DNA of 64,000 nucleotides from an uncultured Candidatus Bathyarchaeia archaeon (GCA_964649235.1 CAZYOZ010000001.1:9102-73101), one strand, 5' to 3'. Counted from the first letter of the stretch, positions 1 through 10,313 are shown. Program-made: numbers and translations. Notes: a model not told the origin generated them from the sequence alone.

Positions 1-1151
1 GCGGCGGAACCGGCCTAGTTGGCGGGGCCGTCCCAACCCGTGATGGAATAATTCTCTCACTAGAGCGGCTGGATAAGGTCGAGATTGACAAAGAGAATCT
101 GATGGCAGTCGCAGAGGCCGGGGTCAATCTCGGCAGGCTGATGCGGGCTGCTGATGAAGCGGGTTTATCCTTCCCACCACATCCAGGAGACGAAAACGCT
201 CAGGTCGGCGGGCTAGTTGCAACGAACGCTGGAGGATCTAGGGCGGTAAGGCACGGCGTGATGAGAAATCACGTCAGGGCGATCGTGGCGGTGCTGCCCA
301 CGGGGCAGGTCTTGAATCTTGGGGGAAAGGTCCACAAGAACAACGTCGGTTATGATCTGATGCAGCTCGTAATAGGAAGCGAAGGAACGCTAGCCATCAT
401 CACGAAAGCTACCCTGCAGCTCTATCCGAAGCTTGCAGCCTCACTCACCCTTATCGTACCCTACGACAACCGACGCGACGCGATCTCAAGCGTCCCAAAG
501 ATACTCAGGGACGCGGGCCTGCCTCTCGCCGTAGAATACGTCGAGAGGGACCTGATGGAGAGGACGGCGAAACATCTAGGCACAAATTGGCCTGCCAAGT
601 CAGGGAAGTACCAATTAATCATAATAGTAGCCGAACCCACACGAGACCAAGCTCTCTCGCAAAGCCTCAGAATATCAGAAATCTGCCGGCAGAACACCGC
701 CTATGAGACATTCGCAGCAGAGTCAGCGAGGGACCAGGAAAACATCCTGACAATAAGAAGCAACGTCTACACTGCCCTGAAAGCCGAAACATTGGACATT
801 CTGGACATAACGGTACCCATCGCTGAACTAGAGAAAGTAATAGATGACATAGAACGCCTGGCCAAGAAATACGCGGTCGCTCTGCCAGTCTTTGGTCATG
901 CAGGCGACGGCAACCTGCACATTCACATAATGAACGACTGCCTAGAACACGCTGAGGACATTAGGAGCGAAATATATCAGATCGCCACGAAAGCCGGAGG
1001 AGTCATAACAGGCGAGCACGGCATAGGCAAAGTCAGAACGGAAAAGCTGCAAGCATTCGTAAGCAAGAAAGAACTCGAACTCATGAAGAGCATAAAGAAC
1101 CTGTTCGATCCGCGTGGCATACTAAATCCGGGAACGAAGGTATCAACCTAG
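1..1151 (+). CDS. FAD-linked oxidase (GlcD / D-lactate dehydrogenase-like), 5'-partial
   Basis: In-frame translation runs from position 3 (GGTGLVGGAVPTRDGIILSLERLDKVEIDKENL...) into ORF 102..1151. It has the FAD-binding GGGT-type motif and the FAD-linked oxidase C-terminal domain (HIGDGNLH-like HAGDGNLH). The start lies outside the window. Confidence 0.8.
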   Translation, partial: GGTGLVGGAVPTRDGIILSLERLDKVEIDKENLMAVAEAGVNLGRLMRAADEAGLSFPPHPGDENAQVGGLVATNAGGSRAVRHGVMRNHVRAIVAVLPTGQVLNLGGKVHKNNVGYDLMQLVIGSEGTLAIITKATLQLYPKLAASLTLIVPYDNRRDAISSVPKILRDAGLPLAVEYVERDLMERTAKHLGTNWPAKSGKYQLIIIVAEPTRDQALSQSLRISEICRQNTAYETFAAESARDQENILTIRSNVYTALKAETLDILDITVPIAELEKVIDDIERLAKKYAVALPVFGHAGDGNLHIHIMNDCLEHAEDIRSEIYQIATKAGGVITGEHGIGKVRTEKLQAFVSKKELELMKSIKNLFDPRGILNPGTKVST

Positions 1152-1626
1152 GCCGACCGAGTCAAGGGTCTTCTCTTCAGTCAAGAATGGTCGCTTCTCC
1201 GTTCGGTTTGACCCAAACCTCATGTCAATCCAAGCCTTGCGAGCGTTTTCATAATCGGCCATTAGCCGGCAGGATAACATCGCCGCGTGCAGCCGTTCGA
1301 AGCCCCCCAATGCTTGCTTCTGGAAGCTGGTATTCGCGCCCCCAGCAAGCCCTCCTTCTCAAGAAATCCGAGCTCTAAAATCCGCGACCAGCCTTTTTGG
1401 TTAAGCTCAATTTGGAACGCCCCTCATGCACGTCGGTCATCGAGGTGCACGAAAAGATGGCTAACTGCGCGGTGCTTCCACTTGATAAAGACGAAGAGTG
1501 TGAGTCGCATTTCCGATTTCTCTAAAACGATTTCTTTCAGATGAGAATTATACCATGCTCGGAAACGATGCGTCGATGAGATGCATAAGACTCAAATCCT
1601 CATCCAGGTAATCGTTATGGCCTCTA

Positions 1627-2844
1627 ATGAGTCTCAGCTGTTTAGCCAAGTCAATAACTGAGTCACCCACCCTACGACTGAACGAAGAAGCACGACTTTT
1701 ACGTGAGCGCGGCGAACCAGTCATCCATCTTGGAATAGGCGAACCCAAGAACAGGGCCCCAGTCAGCGCAATCCTGAGTTCAGCCGCGAAATTGAATACT
1801 GGTGACATCAAATACTCACCGACCGATGGAACGCCGGCCCTCAAGAAAGCCATAATCCGCTACACGGAAGAGAACTACGACAAAGTTGTTGAGCCTGAGA
1901 ACGTGATCGTTTCGTCAGGCGCCAAACAGTCAGTCTTCAACGTACTCTACACATTGCTCAACCCGAAAGACGAAGTCATCATACTGGCCCCGTATTGGGT
2001 GAGTTACCCGGAAATCGTCAAAATGGTATATGGGGTTCCAGTAATTGTAACCCCCGAGGATGGCGGTCTTCATCCGCGCCTGGTCGACATAACCAAGGCA
2101 GTCAGTTCGTCTACAAAGGCAATCATTGTCAATAGCCCGAACAACCCGTCCGGTTTGGTGTTTTCAGACAAGTTCATCGCGGAAATCGTCGAATTCTGTG
2201 AGAAGAAAAACATCTACCTAATCATGGATGACATCTACCACAAACTCGTCTTCGACAACAGGAAGCCAGCCTCGTGTTACGAGTACACGAGTCGTGACAT
2301 CGAGGATTCCAAGCTTATCGTCATCAATGGGATCTCGAAATTGTACGGAATGACTGGGTTCCGCATTGGCTGGGCCATCGCCCCCAGAAAGCTCGTCGAG
2401 ATAATGATGAACATCCAGGCACAGACAACCTCCTGCGCATCCGAGATCCTGCAGGCGGCAGCTGAAGGCGCTTTAATGGGTCTTCAGAGTGTTGTGGAGA
2501 ACCTTCGCTTAACAATTGAGAACAATCGGAATGTCATGATGCAAGAGCTGCACTCCTTCAGCGGCATTCGGGTGAGCGAACCTCAGGGGACGTTTTACTG
2601 CTTCCCAGACTTCAGCGCCTACTCAAACGACTCAGTCGAGCTATCGGAATTTCTGCTGAGGAAGGCGCTGGTCGTCACAGTGCCGGGTAGGGAGTTTGGT
2701 ATGGAAGGAAGGCTGCGGCTGAGCTACGCCGGGTCTGTGAAGGACATCACTGAAGGGATAGCAAGAATCAGGTGGGCAATCGATCCTGACTCACCGAACG
2801 AGATCTACATTGGAGACAAGCGGATGGTGAGGGATTGGCTATGA
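1627..2844 (+). CDS. class I/II PLP aminotransferase (aspartate aminotransferase-like)
   Basis: 405 aa with the typical AAT fold signature (GEP...SPNNPSG...SKxYxMTGxRIGW, PLP lysine region). Overlaps pckA by 10 bp. Confidence 0.8.
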   Translation: MSLSCLAKSITESPTLRLNEEARLLRERGEPVIHLGIGEPKNRAPVSAILSSAAKLNTGDIKYSPTDGTPALKKAIIRYTEENYDKVVEPENVIVSSGAKQSVFNVLYTLLNPKDEVIILAPYWVSYPEIVKMVYGVPVIVTPEDGGLHPRLVDITKAVSSSTKAIIVNSPNNPSGLVFSDKFIAEIVEFCEKKNIYLIMDDIYHKLVFDNRKPASCYEYTSRDIEDSKLIVINGISKLYGMTGFRIGWAIAPRKLVEIMMNIQAQTTSCASEILQAAAEGALMGLQSVVENLRLTIENNRNVMMQELHSFSGIRVSEPQGTFYCFPDFSAYSNDSVELSEFLLRKALVVTVPGREFGMEGRLRLSYAGSVKDITEGIARIRWAIDPDSPNEIYIGDKRMVRDWL

Positions 2845-4529
2845 GCAGCATATTGGATGTCCGGACCCCGGCTCAAGGGGTAGCTCACGAGTTCAAGAGC
2901 GATTACGGAATTGAAAACCATGGCCTGAGCAACATACACCGAGCGTACTGGAACCTACCAACAGAAGCCCTCTACGAGGAAATCGTCTTTCGCGGGGAGG
3001 GAGAGATGTCACGGGGCGGAGCTCTGGTCGTTAACACCGGGAGGCATACGGCTCGGTCCCCAGACGACAAATTCATAGTCAAAGAGAGCACGACCGAGAA
3101 GAACATTTGGTGGGGAGAGTACAACCGGCCGCTCAGCCCCGACAAGTTCCACGAACTCTTCAACCGTCTGCAGGGCTTCTTGCAGGGAAGGGACGTATTT
3201 GTTCAGGATTGTTATGTTGGCATCGACACTCAACATCGGATGCCAATCCGTATAATCGCTGAATATGCATGGCACAGCCTCTTCGCGCGGAACATGTTCA
3301 TACTGCCGAATACTCGCGAGGAGTACAGGCGCCACGTTCCCGATTTCACGGTAATGTGCGCCCCTTCGTTCAAAGGTCTCCCACAGATTGACGCGACTCG
3401 GACGGACACTTTCATCGCCCTAAACTTCGCGCAGTGTCTGTGCATAATTGGCAACACGGGTTATGCCGGGGAAATCAAGAAGTCCATTTTCACTATCCTG
3501 AACTATCAGCTGCCCCTGCGCGGAGTCATGCCGATGCACTGCTCGGCAAACATCGGGACAGAAGGAGACACTGCGCTCTTCTTCGGTCTGTCCGGGACGG
3601 GCAAGACTAGTCTATCTGCAGATCCAAAACGACGACTGATAGGTGACGACGAGCATGGCTGGAACGATAATGGCGTATTCAACTTTGAAGGGGGGTGCTA
3701 TGCCAAGGTCATCCATCTATCATCCTCAGCTGAGCCACAAATCTTCTCCTGCACCCGCCGATTCGGAACGATTCTCGAGAATGTTACGCTTGACCCGGCA
3801 AGCCGCTTGATAGACTTGGACGATGAGTCAGTCACGGAGAATACCCGCGCATCCTACCCGCTGGAATTCATAGAGAACTCAGTTCCAGAGAAACTCGGAG
3901 GCCATCCGAGAACGATGGTAATCCTAACATGTGATGCATTCGGCGTGATGCCACCCATTGCCAAATTGACGCTGGAACAGGCACTCTACCAATTCGTATC
4001 CGGCTACACATCGAAGATCGCTGGTACAGAAATCCAGCTCGGGCGCGAGCCTGAGACAACTTTCAGCGCATGCCTCGGGGCGCCATTCATGGTGCATCAT
4101 CCAGGCACCTACGTCAACCTGCTGAAACAGAAACTGATACGCTACGGTGTTCAATGCTGGTTGGTTAACACCGGCTGGGTCGGTGGACCATACGGCATAG
4201 GGAAACGGATCAGCATCGCCTATACACGCGCGATGCTCAACGAAGCGCTAAACGGCAAGCTGCTGAGCGCTGACTTTACCACGGACCCAGTCTTCGGCTT
4301 TCAAGTGCCGAAGACTTGCGAAGGTGTACCCGCAAGCATACTCAACCCAGCTGAATCTTGGCCCAGTGAGGATGCCTACATGGACAAGTATCAACAGCTG
4401 GCCATACGCTTCGTGAACAACTTCAAGAAATTTGAAGCGGCTTGCCCTGAACTTGTAAAGGTAGGCCCGAAACTGTGGCCGCTGGCACGTACTGCGAGTA
4501 GAAGCAGCCAAAGCGAAAGCAGCTGTTAG
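2835..4529 (+). CDS. pckA: phosphoenolpyruvate carboxykinase (ATP)
   Basis: 564 aa. Kinase-1a motif GLSGTGKTSLSADPKRRLIGDDEHGW and the conserved ATP-PEPCK C-terminal region. Confidence 0.9.
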   Translation: MAMSSILDVRTPAQGVAHEFKSDYGIENHGLSNIHRAYWNLPTEALYEEIVFRGEGEMSRGGALVVNTGRHTARSPDDKFIVKESTTEKNIWWGEYNRPLSPDKFHELFNRLQGFLQGRDVFVQDCYVGIDTQHRMPIRIIAEYAWHSLFARNMFILPNTREEYRRHVPDFTVMCAPSFKGLPQIDATRTDTFIALNFAQCLCIIGNTGYAGEIKKSIFTILNYQLPLRGVMPMHCSANIGTEGDTALFFGLSGTGKTSLSADPKRRLIGDDEHGWNDNGVFNFEGGCYAKVIHLSSSAEPQIFSCTRRFGTILENVTLDPASRLIDLDDESVTENTRASYPLEFIENSVPEKLGGHPRTMVILTCDAFGVMPPIAKLTLEQALYQFVSGYTSKIAGTEIQLGREPETTFSACLGAPFMVHHPGTYVNLLKQKLIRYGVQCWLVNTGWVGGPYGIGKRISIAYTRAMLNEALNGKLLSADFTTDPVFGFQVPKTCEGVPASILNPAESWPSEDAYMDKYQQLAIRFVNNFKKFEAACPELVKVGPKLWPLARTASRSSQSESSC

Positions 4530-4825
4530 CATTCCTAAAGGGCCAGCCAAACCGACTTGTCCTAGTCATGATGCAGGTCCGTTGCGCAGAGTTGAGTTGA
4601 TCTGCAATCATCTCTTTGGCGATGTTTCTTGTGAGTCAGTTGCCTCCGAGTATTTCTTCCTTCAGGATTAGCTCAAAAGCCTAAACTACGCGAGTCAGGA
4701 GTACGGAGCTGAGTTGTGGGCATACGTCACCGAGTGAGAGTTCCCAACCTCCCCAAGCTACTCGGACCAACCGCTCGTTTGCAACGAACGGGCTTCTGCA
4801 ACGGATCAGGAAAGAATTTCCTCGA

Positions 4826-6079
4826 GTGGAGACCGACGCGAGCGAAAGGCGCAGAGTCTTCTTTGAAAACGCAGCTGGCTCCCTAGTTCTGCAACGGGCC
4901 GTGGATGCGGAGTGTAAGGCGCGCCGTGATTACTTTCCCAACATCGAAGAGGCTTCGTGGGAGTCGAAGATGAATGAGAACACCATACTGGAAGGCAGGA
5001 AAGCTGTGAGGGACTTCCTGAATGCCCGTGATGAGAATTGTGTCCTTTCTGGTGAATCCGCTACGAGCCTTCTCTTCCATCTCAGTTATGCCTTGTCGAA
5101 AGAGATATCGCCCGACGAAAATGTGGTGACCACGGAATACGATCACTACTCGAATATCAGCCCATGGTTAGAGCTCGAACGAAGGGGCTTCATCAAAGAA
5201 GTCCGGTTCGCGAAGTTCAACCCTGAAGATGGGGAGCTAGACGTAGCACACCTGGCAAGTCTGATTGACAAGAACACACGTGTCGTCGCTGTAACGGGAG
5301 TGTCGAATGCTCTAGGTTCCAAGACGCCTGTCGCGAAGGTGTTTGCGCTTGCTAAGGAAGTGGGTGCATACGCTGTGCTCGACGCAGTTCATATGGCTCC
5401 ACATGTCGCCATCGACATTGACAAGCTAGGCTGCGATTTCGTTGTCTTCTCGGCATACAAACTGTTCAGCCGTCGCGGTAGCTTCATGTATGGTCGAAGG
5501 GACCTATTGGAAGACCTGGAGCCCTACAAGGTAGAGCTATGTCCGAATTATCTTCCGAAGAGATGGGAGTGGGGAACACGAGATCAGGCCCTTTTCGCCT
5601 CCATCACCGCAGTGATGGATTATCTAAGCTGGCTTGGTGGCGAAGTCGAAGGCGAAGTTTCCAACAAGGTTTCAGAGTACAGCGGAAGAGAACGCCTACT
5701 CAAGGCAGCATTGTCTTGGATAGAGGGATACGAAGGAAGATTGGGGAAAGCAATGCTGGATGGAACCGAGAATACTGCTGGCATGCGTACAATGAGCGGC
5801 ATAGATCTCTACGGCTTAAAGGATACGGCCAGAGTGCATCAAAGGACTCCAACTTTCTCGTTCAACGTTCGCGGCGTTCCGGCCAAGAGAGTTGCGGAAC
5901 ATTTGTGGGAAATGCATGGGGTAGTTGTCATTGGAGACGACTTCTATTCAAGAGCACTCAAGACATACTCGCAATCGCTGGCGGTCAGGGCGAGCCTGGT
6001 GCACTGTAACACGGTCAGCGAGGTCGAAATGTTCCTGAACGCACTTGCCGAGACAGTGAAGCATTTCAACGCTGAATAG
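4826..6079 (+). CDS. class V PLP aminotransferase-fold enzyme (cysteine desulfurase-like family)
   Basis: 417 aa. N-terminal FxNAAGS motif and a putative PLP-lysine segment SAYKLF, with an overall class V fold-like layout. Specific function not assignable. Confidence 0.55.
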   Translation: METDASERRRVFFENAAGSLVLQRAVDAECKARRDYFPNIEEASWESKMNENTILEGRKAVRDFLNARDENCVLSGESATSLLFHLSYALSKEISPDENVVTTEYDHYSNISPWLELERRGFIKEVRFAKFNPEDGELDVAHLASLIDKNTRVVAVTGVSNALGSKTPVAKVFALAKEVGAYAVLDAVHMAPHVAIDIDKLGCDFVVFSAYKLFSRRGSFMYGRRDLLEDLEPYKVELCPNYLPKRWEWGTRDQALFASITAVMDYLSWLGGEVEGEVSNKVSEYSGRERLLKAALSWIEGYEGRLGKAMLDGTENTAGMRTMSGIDLYGLKDTARVHQRTPTFSFNVRGVPAKRVAEHLWEMHGVVVIGDDFYSRALKTYSQSLAVRASLVHCNTVSEVEMFLNALAETVKHFNAE

Positions 6080-6255
6080 GTCAGGCCTGAAGGTAGATAG
6101 CTCAAGCCGGATTATGAAAGCCGTATCTGCGTCAGAAACTTGTAGACTATTAGGGCCACTAGTAAGATAAGGTAGATTCTGAGGAAGAGTAACGCGGCTC
6201 TCACTGTTCGTGTCGTCTGGACTCGGGGCATTTCATCGACCATCCCGTACTGTTG

Positions 6256-7554
6256 TTATTCCTCCTGCAGAAAAACGTCCTTCTCTTTTATGACGCCCAC
6301 GACCTTTTTGGAACGATCTGCGACTGGTATGGCTCTAAACCGGTACTTCAGGAAGAGCGCTTCAACTTCTCCGCGCATGGCTGTGGGCCGAACGGTGACG
6401 ACCTTCTTCGTCATGATGTTTTGCAATTTGCTGGCCGGATCTGCCTGTAGGAGTTCCTTGATGTCCACGACGCCTTTCAACCGTTGCTTCTCGTCTACGA
6501 CGTATATGTACATGGTAACATCGCTATGCCGTGCCTCATCCCGGAATCGCTTGAAGGCCTCCTCGACACCTAAGTCACCTGGAAATGCTAGGAAGCTAGG
6601 TACTGCAAGCGCAGAAGCTGGGACATCATGCTGTGTTAAGAGAACCTTAACCTTGGCCGCGACATCGGTCTTTAGCAAACTCAGTAGCTCCTCAGAGTCA
6701 TCTCTCGGAAGAACCGAGAGTATGTCCGCAACCTGCACACTGGACAGATGACCGAGAATTTCCGCCGCGCGATCTACGCTCGTCGAAGCTAGGATCTGTC
6801 TCTGAACTCTTGGTTCTGTTACCTCAAGAGCATCAGCGGCAACCTGTTCGTCTAGTGCATTGAACAGCCTAATTCGCTCTTCGTGGCTCAGCTCCTCGAG
6901 TATGTCAGCCAAATCTGCCGGATGTATGTCTTTCAGTCCTTCTTTTGTCACGGTGAGTTTCACGTCGCCCTTTGTGCTCGTGAGGTCTGCGGGCAACGGC
7001 TGAACGTACGCCCACGGGATGATATCCTTGGAAAGGTCCCTTTCCATTACTACGTCTGCAACCTTTCCGAGCTTGAGTCTTCTCAGAAATGCATGGTGGC
7101 CGACATCGGCGCCTACGACGAACATCTTGTTTTCCACAAGGAGAAGCTGAATGTCATAGACGACTTCCACATCGAAGCCCTCTGTATCGAGAATCCGCTT
7201 GTCCAACACTTTGTCCCTGAGCAAAAGGTAGTCTTCGCTGTGTTTGAAGACGGGATACCCGTCATTCGGCGGCGGATCTATGACTGTTCCTTCCGATGAA
7301 ACACTAATGATGTGAGTCCATGGCACGTTCCAAGAAGGCCTGCCGAGTGGTCGGTCAACGATGAGGCTTATCACTTCAGGGTAGTGCCCCACGTCTCTTA
7401 TGATTAGGTCTCTCAGTTTGCCCAGCGTCACGCCGTCTTTCGTTTGCACTTTCTTCTTCACTATTTCGCTCAGGTAGAGGTAACGCAGGTGCGTGTTTTC
7501 GCCCAGTTGCACCTTCTGTAGATATTCTTTGATGTGATTCGATGTGACCGTCAT
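6256..7554 (-). CDS. soluble MgtE N-terminal domain + CBS-pair protein (no transmembrane pore)
   Basis: 432 aa. The central region matches the MgtE-N helical domain (DLADILEELSHEERIRLFNALDEQVAADALE...) and is followed by tandem CBS motifs (VTMYIYVVDEKQRLKGVVDIKELL... VVTVRPTAM...AIPVADRSKKVVGVI). No hydrophobic C-terminal MgtE pore. Confidence 0.7.
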   Translation of the reverse strand: MTVTSNHIKEYLQKVQLGENTHLRYLYLSEIVKKKVQTKDGVTLGKLRDLIIRDVGHYPEVISLIVDRPLGRPSWNVPWTHIISVSSEGTVIDPPPNDGYPVFKHSEDYLLLRDKVLDKRILDTEGFDVEVVYDIQLLLVENKMFVVGADVGHHAFLRRLKLGKVADVVMERDLSKDIIPWAYVQPLPADLTSTKGDVKLTVTKEGLKDIHPADLADILEELSHEERIRLFNALDEQVAADALEVTEPRVQRQILASTSVDRAAEILGHLSSVQVADILSVLPRDDSEELLSLLKTDVAAKVKVLLTQHDVPASALAVPSFLAFPGDLGVEEAFKRFRDEARHSDVTMYIYVVDEKQRLKGVVDIKELLQADPASKLQNIMTKKVVTVRPTAMRGEVEALFLKYRFRAIPVADRSKKVVGVIKEKDVFLQEE

Positions 7555-7603
7555 ATCAATCAGTCCTGTTCATGCCATGGCAGAAGGCTACTTGCCTCAC
7601 GTT

Positions 7604-8884
7604 TCATCCTCCTAATAAGTTCGGGAAGATCGCTGAGATTCCGTAAACAGTGGAGAGCGCTATTATCGCCCCCACGATTGTCCAGTCAATGATATTGTGG
7701 AGCTTCGTGTTTGCGTACGAGCCCATGAGCGGTTTGTCGTTCAGTAGAAGGATCAGGAACACAAGTGCGGCAGGCAGTAGAGTCACAGCAACTACCTGCA
7801 CGAAGAGCGTGATCAACACAAAGGGCGCGCCTGGAATCAGAACCACCGCCCCAGCAAAGGCAATGTTGAGGAAATAGAATAGGTAGAACCATGGGGCACT
7901 CTTCACGTTGACATTCAGGGTGTGCGCCCAGCCGAAGATTTCTCCGAAAGCCCACGAAGACGCAAGAGAGATGCAGATAGCTCCCAGCAGGCCTGCATCG
8001 AACAGGCCCACTGCAAAGAGTGCTCCAGCGTATCGACCGGCGAACGGTACCAACGCCAGCGCTGCTTCCGCCGCGTCAGTTATATTCAGACCAATTTTGT
8101 GAAGTGTCGAGCCGGTCGCGATCATTATGAAAGCTGCCCCCGAGGCAGTCAGCACCGAGCCAAGCGCTGTGTCAAGCTTGGAATATGGTATGTCTTTCTC
8201 ATCCAGTTCCTTGTCAACTACCGCGCTCTGCTGGAAGAAGAGCATCCATGGGGCGATTGTGGTTCCAATATTTGCCATGATTAGGGTTAGGAGGTTGCTC
8301 GTGAGGCCACGCGGAAAGCTGGGTGAAACAATACCGCGAGCCACCTCGTGCCAACTGGGGCTTGCAAAAATAGCTGCGGGTACATACACGAGATTTAGGA
8401 GACAGAAGAGGAGGGTTATCCTCTCAAAGGTCCAGTAGGTTCCCGTCCCGACGAGTAAAGTCAGGAACACGACGACAGCAACAACAGTCCACAGAGGGGG
8501 GATATGGAAGATGCTTGCGGCTGCTACCATGCCTATGAATTCGGTCACTAGGGTGAGGAAGTTCAAGACTGTAAGGTCTATGAGCGAAAACCAACCCCAG
8601 AACGGGCCGAAGCCATCAAAGATTGCTTCCGCGTGCCCTCTTTTCGTTACTGCTCCAAGTCGGACTGTCATCTCCTGAACGAAGTAGGCAAGCATGGAGA
8701 AGAGCAGTATGAGCCAGACAAGGTTGAATCCATAACGGGCACCCGTGACGGCGTAAGTGGTAATGCCGCCAGCATCATTGTCAGCCACCATAACAATAAT
8801 TCCCGGTCCAGCAACGGCGGAGAAAATTGCCAGCCGCTTCCACAGCCGCCGGTATACGTAGTAGAACCGAGGTATCAGTCTCAT
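7604..8884 (-). CDS. Nramp-family (SLC11-like) divalent cation transporter, non-canonical metal site (NRMT-like)
   Basis: 426 aa polytopic membrane protein. The TM1 region GPGIIVMVADNDAGG replaces the canonical DPGN. The TM6 region IGTTIAPWMLF replaces the canonical A-x-x-MPH, so the Met is substituted. Confidence 0.65.
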   Translation of the reverse strand: MRLIPRFYYVYRRLWKRLAIFSAVAGPGIIVMVADNDAGGITTYAVTGARYGFNLVWLILLFSMLAYFVQEMTVRLGAVTKRGHAEAIFDGFGPFWGWFSLIDLTVLNFLTLVTEFIGMVAAASIFHIPPLWTVVAVVVFLTLLVGTGTYWTFERITLLFCLLNLVYVPAAIFASPSWHEVARGIVSPSFPRGLTSNLLTLIMANIGTTIAPWMLFFQQSAVVDKELDEKDIPYSKLDTALGSVLTASGAAFIMIATGSTLHKIGLNITDAAEAALALVPFAGRYAGALFAVGLFDAGLLGAICISLASSWAFGEIFGWAHTLNVNVKSAPWFYLFYFLNIAFAGAVVLIPGAPFVLITLFVQVVAVTLLPAALVFLILLLNDKPLMGSYANTKLHNIIDWTIVGAIIALSTVYGISAIFPNLLGG

Positions 8885-9159
8885 CGAAGTGCACCGCCGC
8901 GCGCGAATCGGGCGTGTTCTCGTCGCTACGGCCGTTCATTTAACACTACGCTATGGTATCAGAACTGACACCAGCTTCTGATTTTTCAGCGGCCGTCTAC
9001 TCAGCTTTTCTTTGGGGTGAAAGTCGTTCAAGTAGGCAAAAGTGACAAGCAGAGGTCGATGTTTCAAAGATTATTTGGTATTCCAACCCGGTAACCGAGC
9101 AACTTTCTTAATAGCTCAGCCTTGGAAGCTTCGATTGAAATTGCGGAGCTCAAGGGACC

Positions 9160-10209
9160 ATGGCTGAATTATGGGATCCATGGAACATCTCGGAGGGTGG
9201 TTTTCCGAGGGCACGTACGTCCTATGAGAAATTGCGTTTTCTGCTGAATTATGCGGTGCTTGCGCCCTCGAGCCACAACTCGCAGCCATGGCTTTTCAGA
9301 ATTCTTGATGATGCAGTCGAACTCTACGCTGACCGAACTCGTGCCTTGCCAGTTGTCGACCCTGAAGACCGAGAGTTGATCATGAGTTGCGGTGCGGCTC
9401 TTCTCCATCTTCGCATCGCGCTTCGCCACATCGGCTTTGAGGGCGTCGTCGAAATTCTTCCTGAGCCAAAAAAACCAGACCTTCTGGCCCGCGTCAGTTT
9501 CGGCCGCCAAATGGAAGCAAGCCCCGAGGAGCACCTACTATTCCAGAGCATAGTCAAACGGCGTACGAATCGGATGCCCTTCGAGGCTAGGCATGTTCAG
9601 GAGACACTGCTCTCAGAACTGCAAACAGCTGTAAGCAAAGAAGGGGCATGGCTTCACGTCATCAAAGAAGAAGATGATCGAAACAAGATTGCGGACTTGG
9701 TCGCTGATGCCGACCGAATCCAAATGGCCGATAACCGTTTTCGGCGCGAGCTAGCCTCCTGGATTCACCCGAACCGCACGGCCAGCCATGATGGCATGCC
9801 AGCTTATGCCTATGTCTATGCTTTCGGGCTCAGCGGCCTGAGCTCCGCATTTGCACCTCTAGTGGTTCGAACGTTCGATATCGGCAAAGGACGAGCCGCA
9901 AAGGACCGCCAACTCGCGAGCGGGTCGCCGGTTCTAGCAGTACTCGGAACGAATGGCGATACATCCAAGGACTGGTTATCGGCCGGTCAGGCCCTAGCAA
10001 GGCTCCTGCTGCGAGCACGCGCTGAAAACGTTTGGTCTTCTTTCTTGAATCAGCCGATTGAAGTGGCAGAGTTGAGGCTTAGGGTGCACGACATGTTGGG
10101 TAGGCCAGGATTTCCGCAGCTTATTCTCCGCATGGGATATGGACCGGATGTCAAACCCACTCCGAGGCGGACACCGGGAGAAGTTTTGATGCGCCAGGCG
10201 CTAAGGTAA
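9160..10209 (+). CDS. nitroreductase-family (two-domain, Acg-like) protein
   Basis: 349 aa. The SSHNSQPW motif is characteristic of the nitroreductase superfamily, and the length is consistent with duplicated-domain Acg-type members. Confidence 0.55.
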   Translation: MAELWDPWNISEGGFPRARTSYEKLRFLLNYAVLAPSSHNSQPWLFRILDDAVELYADRTRALPVVDPEDRELIMSCGAALLHLRIALRHIGFEGVVEILPEPKKPDLLARVSFGRQMEASPEEHLLFQSIVKRRTNRMPFEARHVQETLLSELQTAVSKEGAWLHVIKEEDDRNKIADLVADADRIQMADNRFRRELASWIHPNRTASHDGMPAYAYVYAFGLSGLSSAFAPLVVRTFDIGKGRAAKDRQLASGSPVLAVLGTNGDTSKDWLSAGQALARLLLRARAENVWSSFLNQPIEVAELRLRVHDMLGRPGFPQLILRMGYGPDVKPTPRRTPGEVLMRQALR

Positions 10210-10313
10210 ACGTTGGCCAGTAGGGTCTCTTGAGTGTGGGCTCTTGAGCGCGAGCGGCAGGCGGTCAAAGCTGGAGTCTCAAGCACTCATAGTCTTTCAG
10301 CGCTCGAACTGAG

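Noticed and set aside
5539-6009. 156-aa alternative-frame ORF inside the class V aminotransferase gene
   Set aside because: Arg-rich, low-complexity product embedded in a well-supported coding frame.
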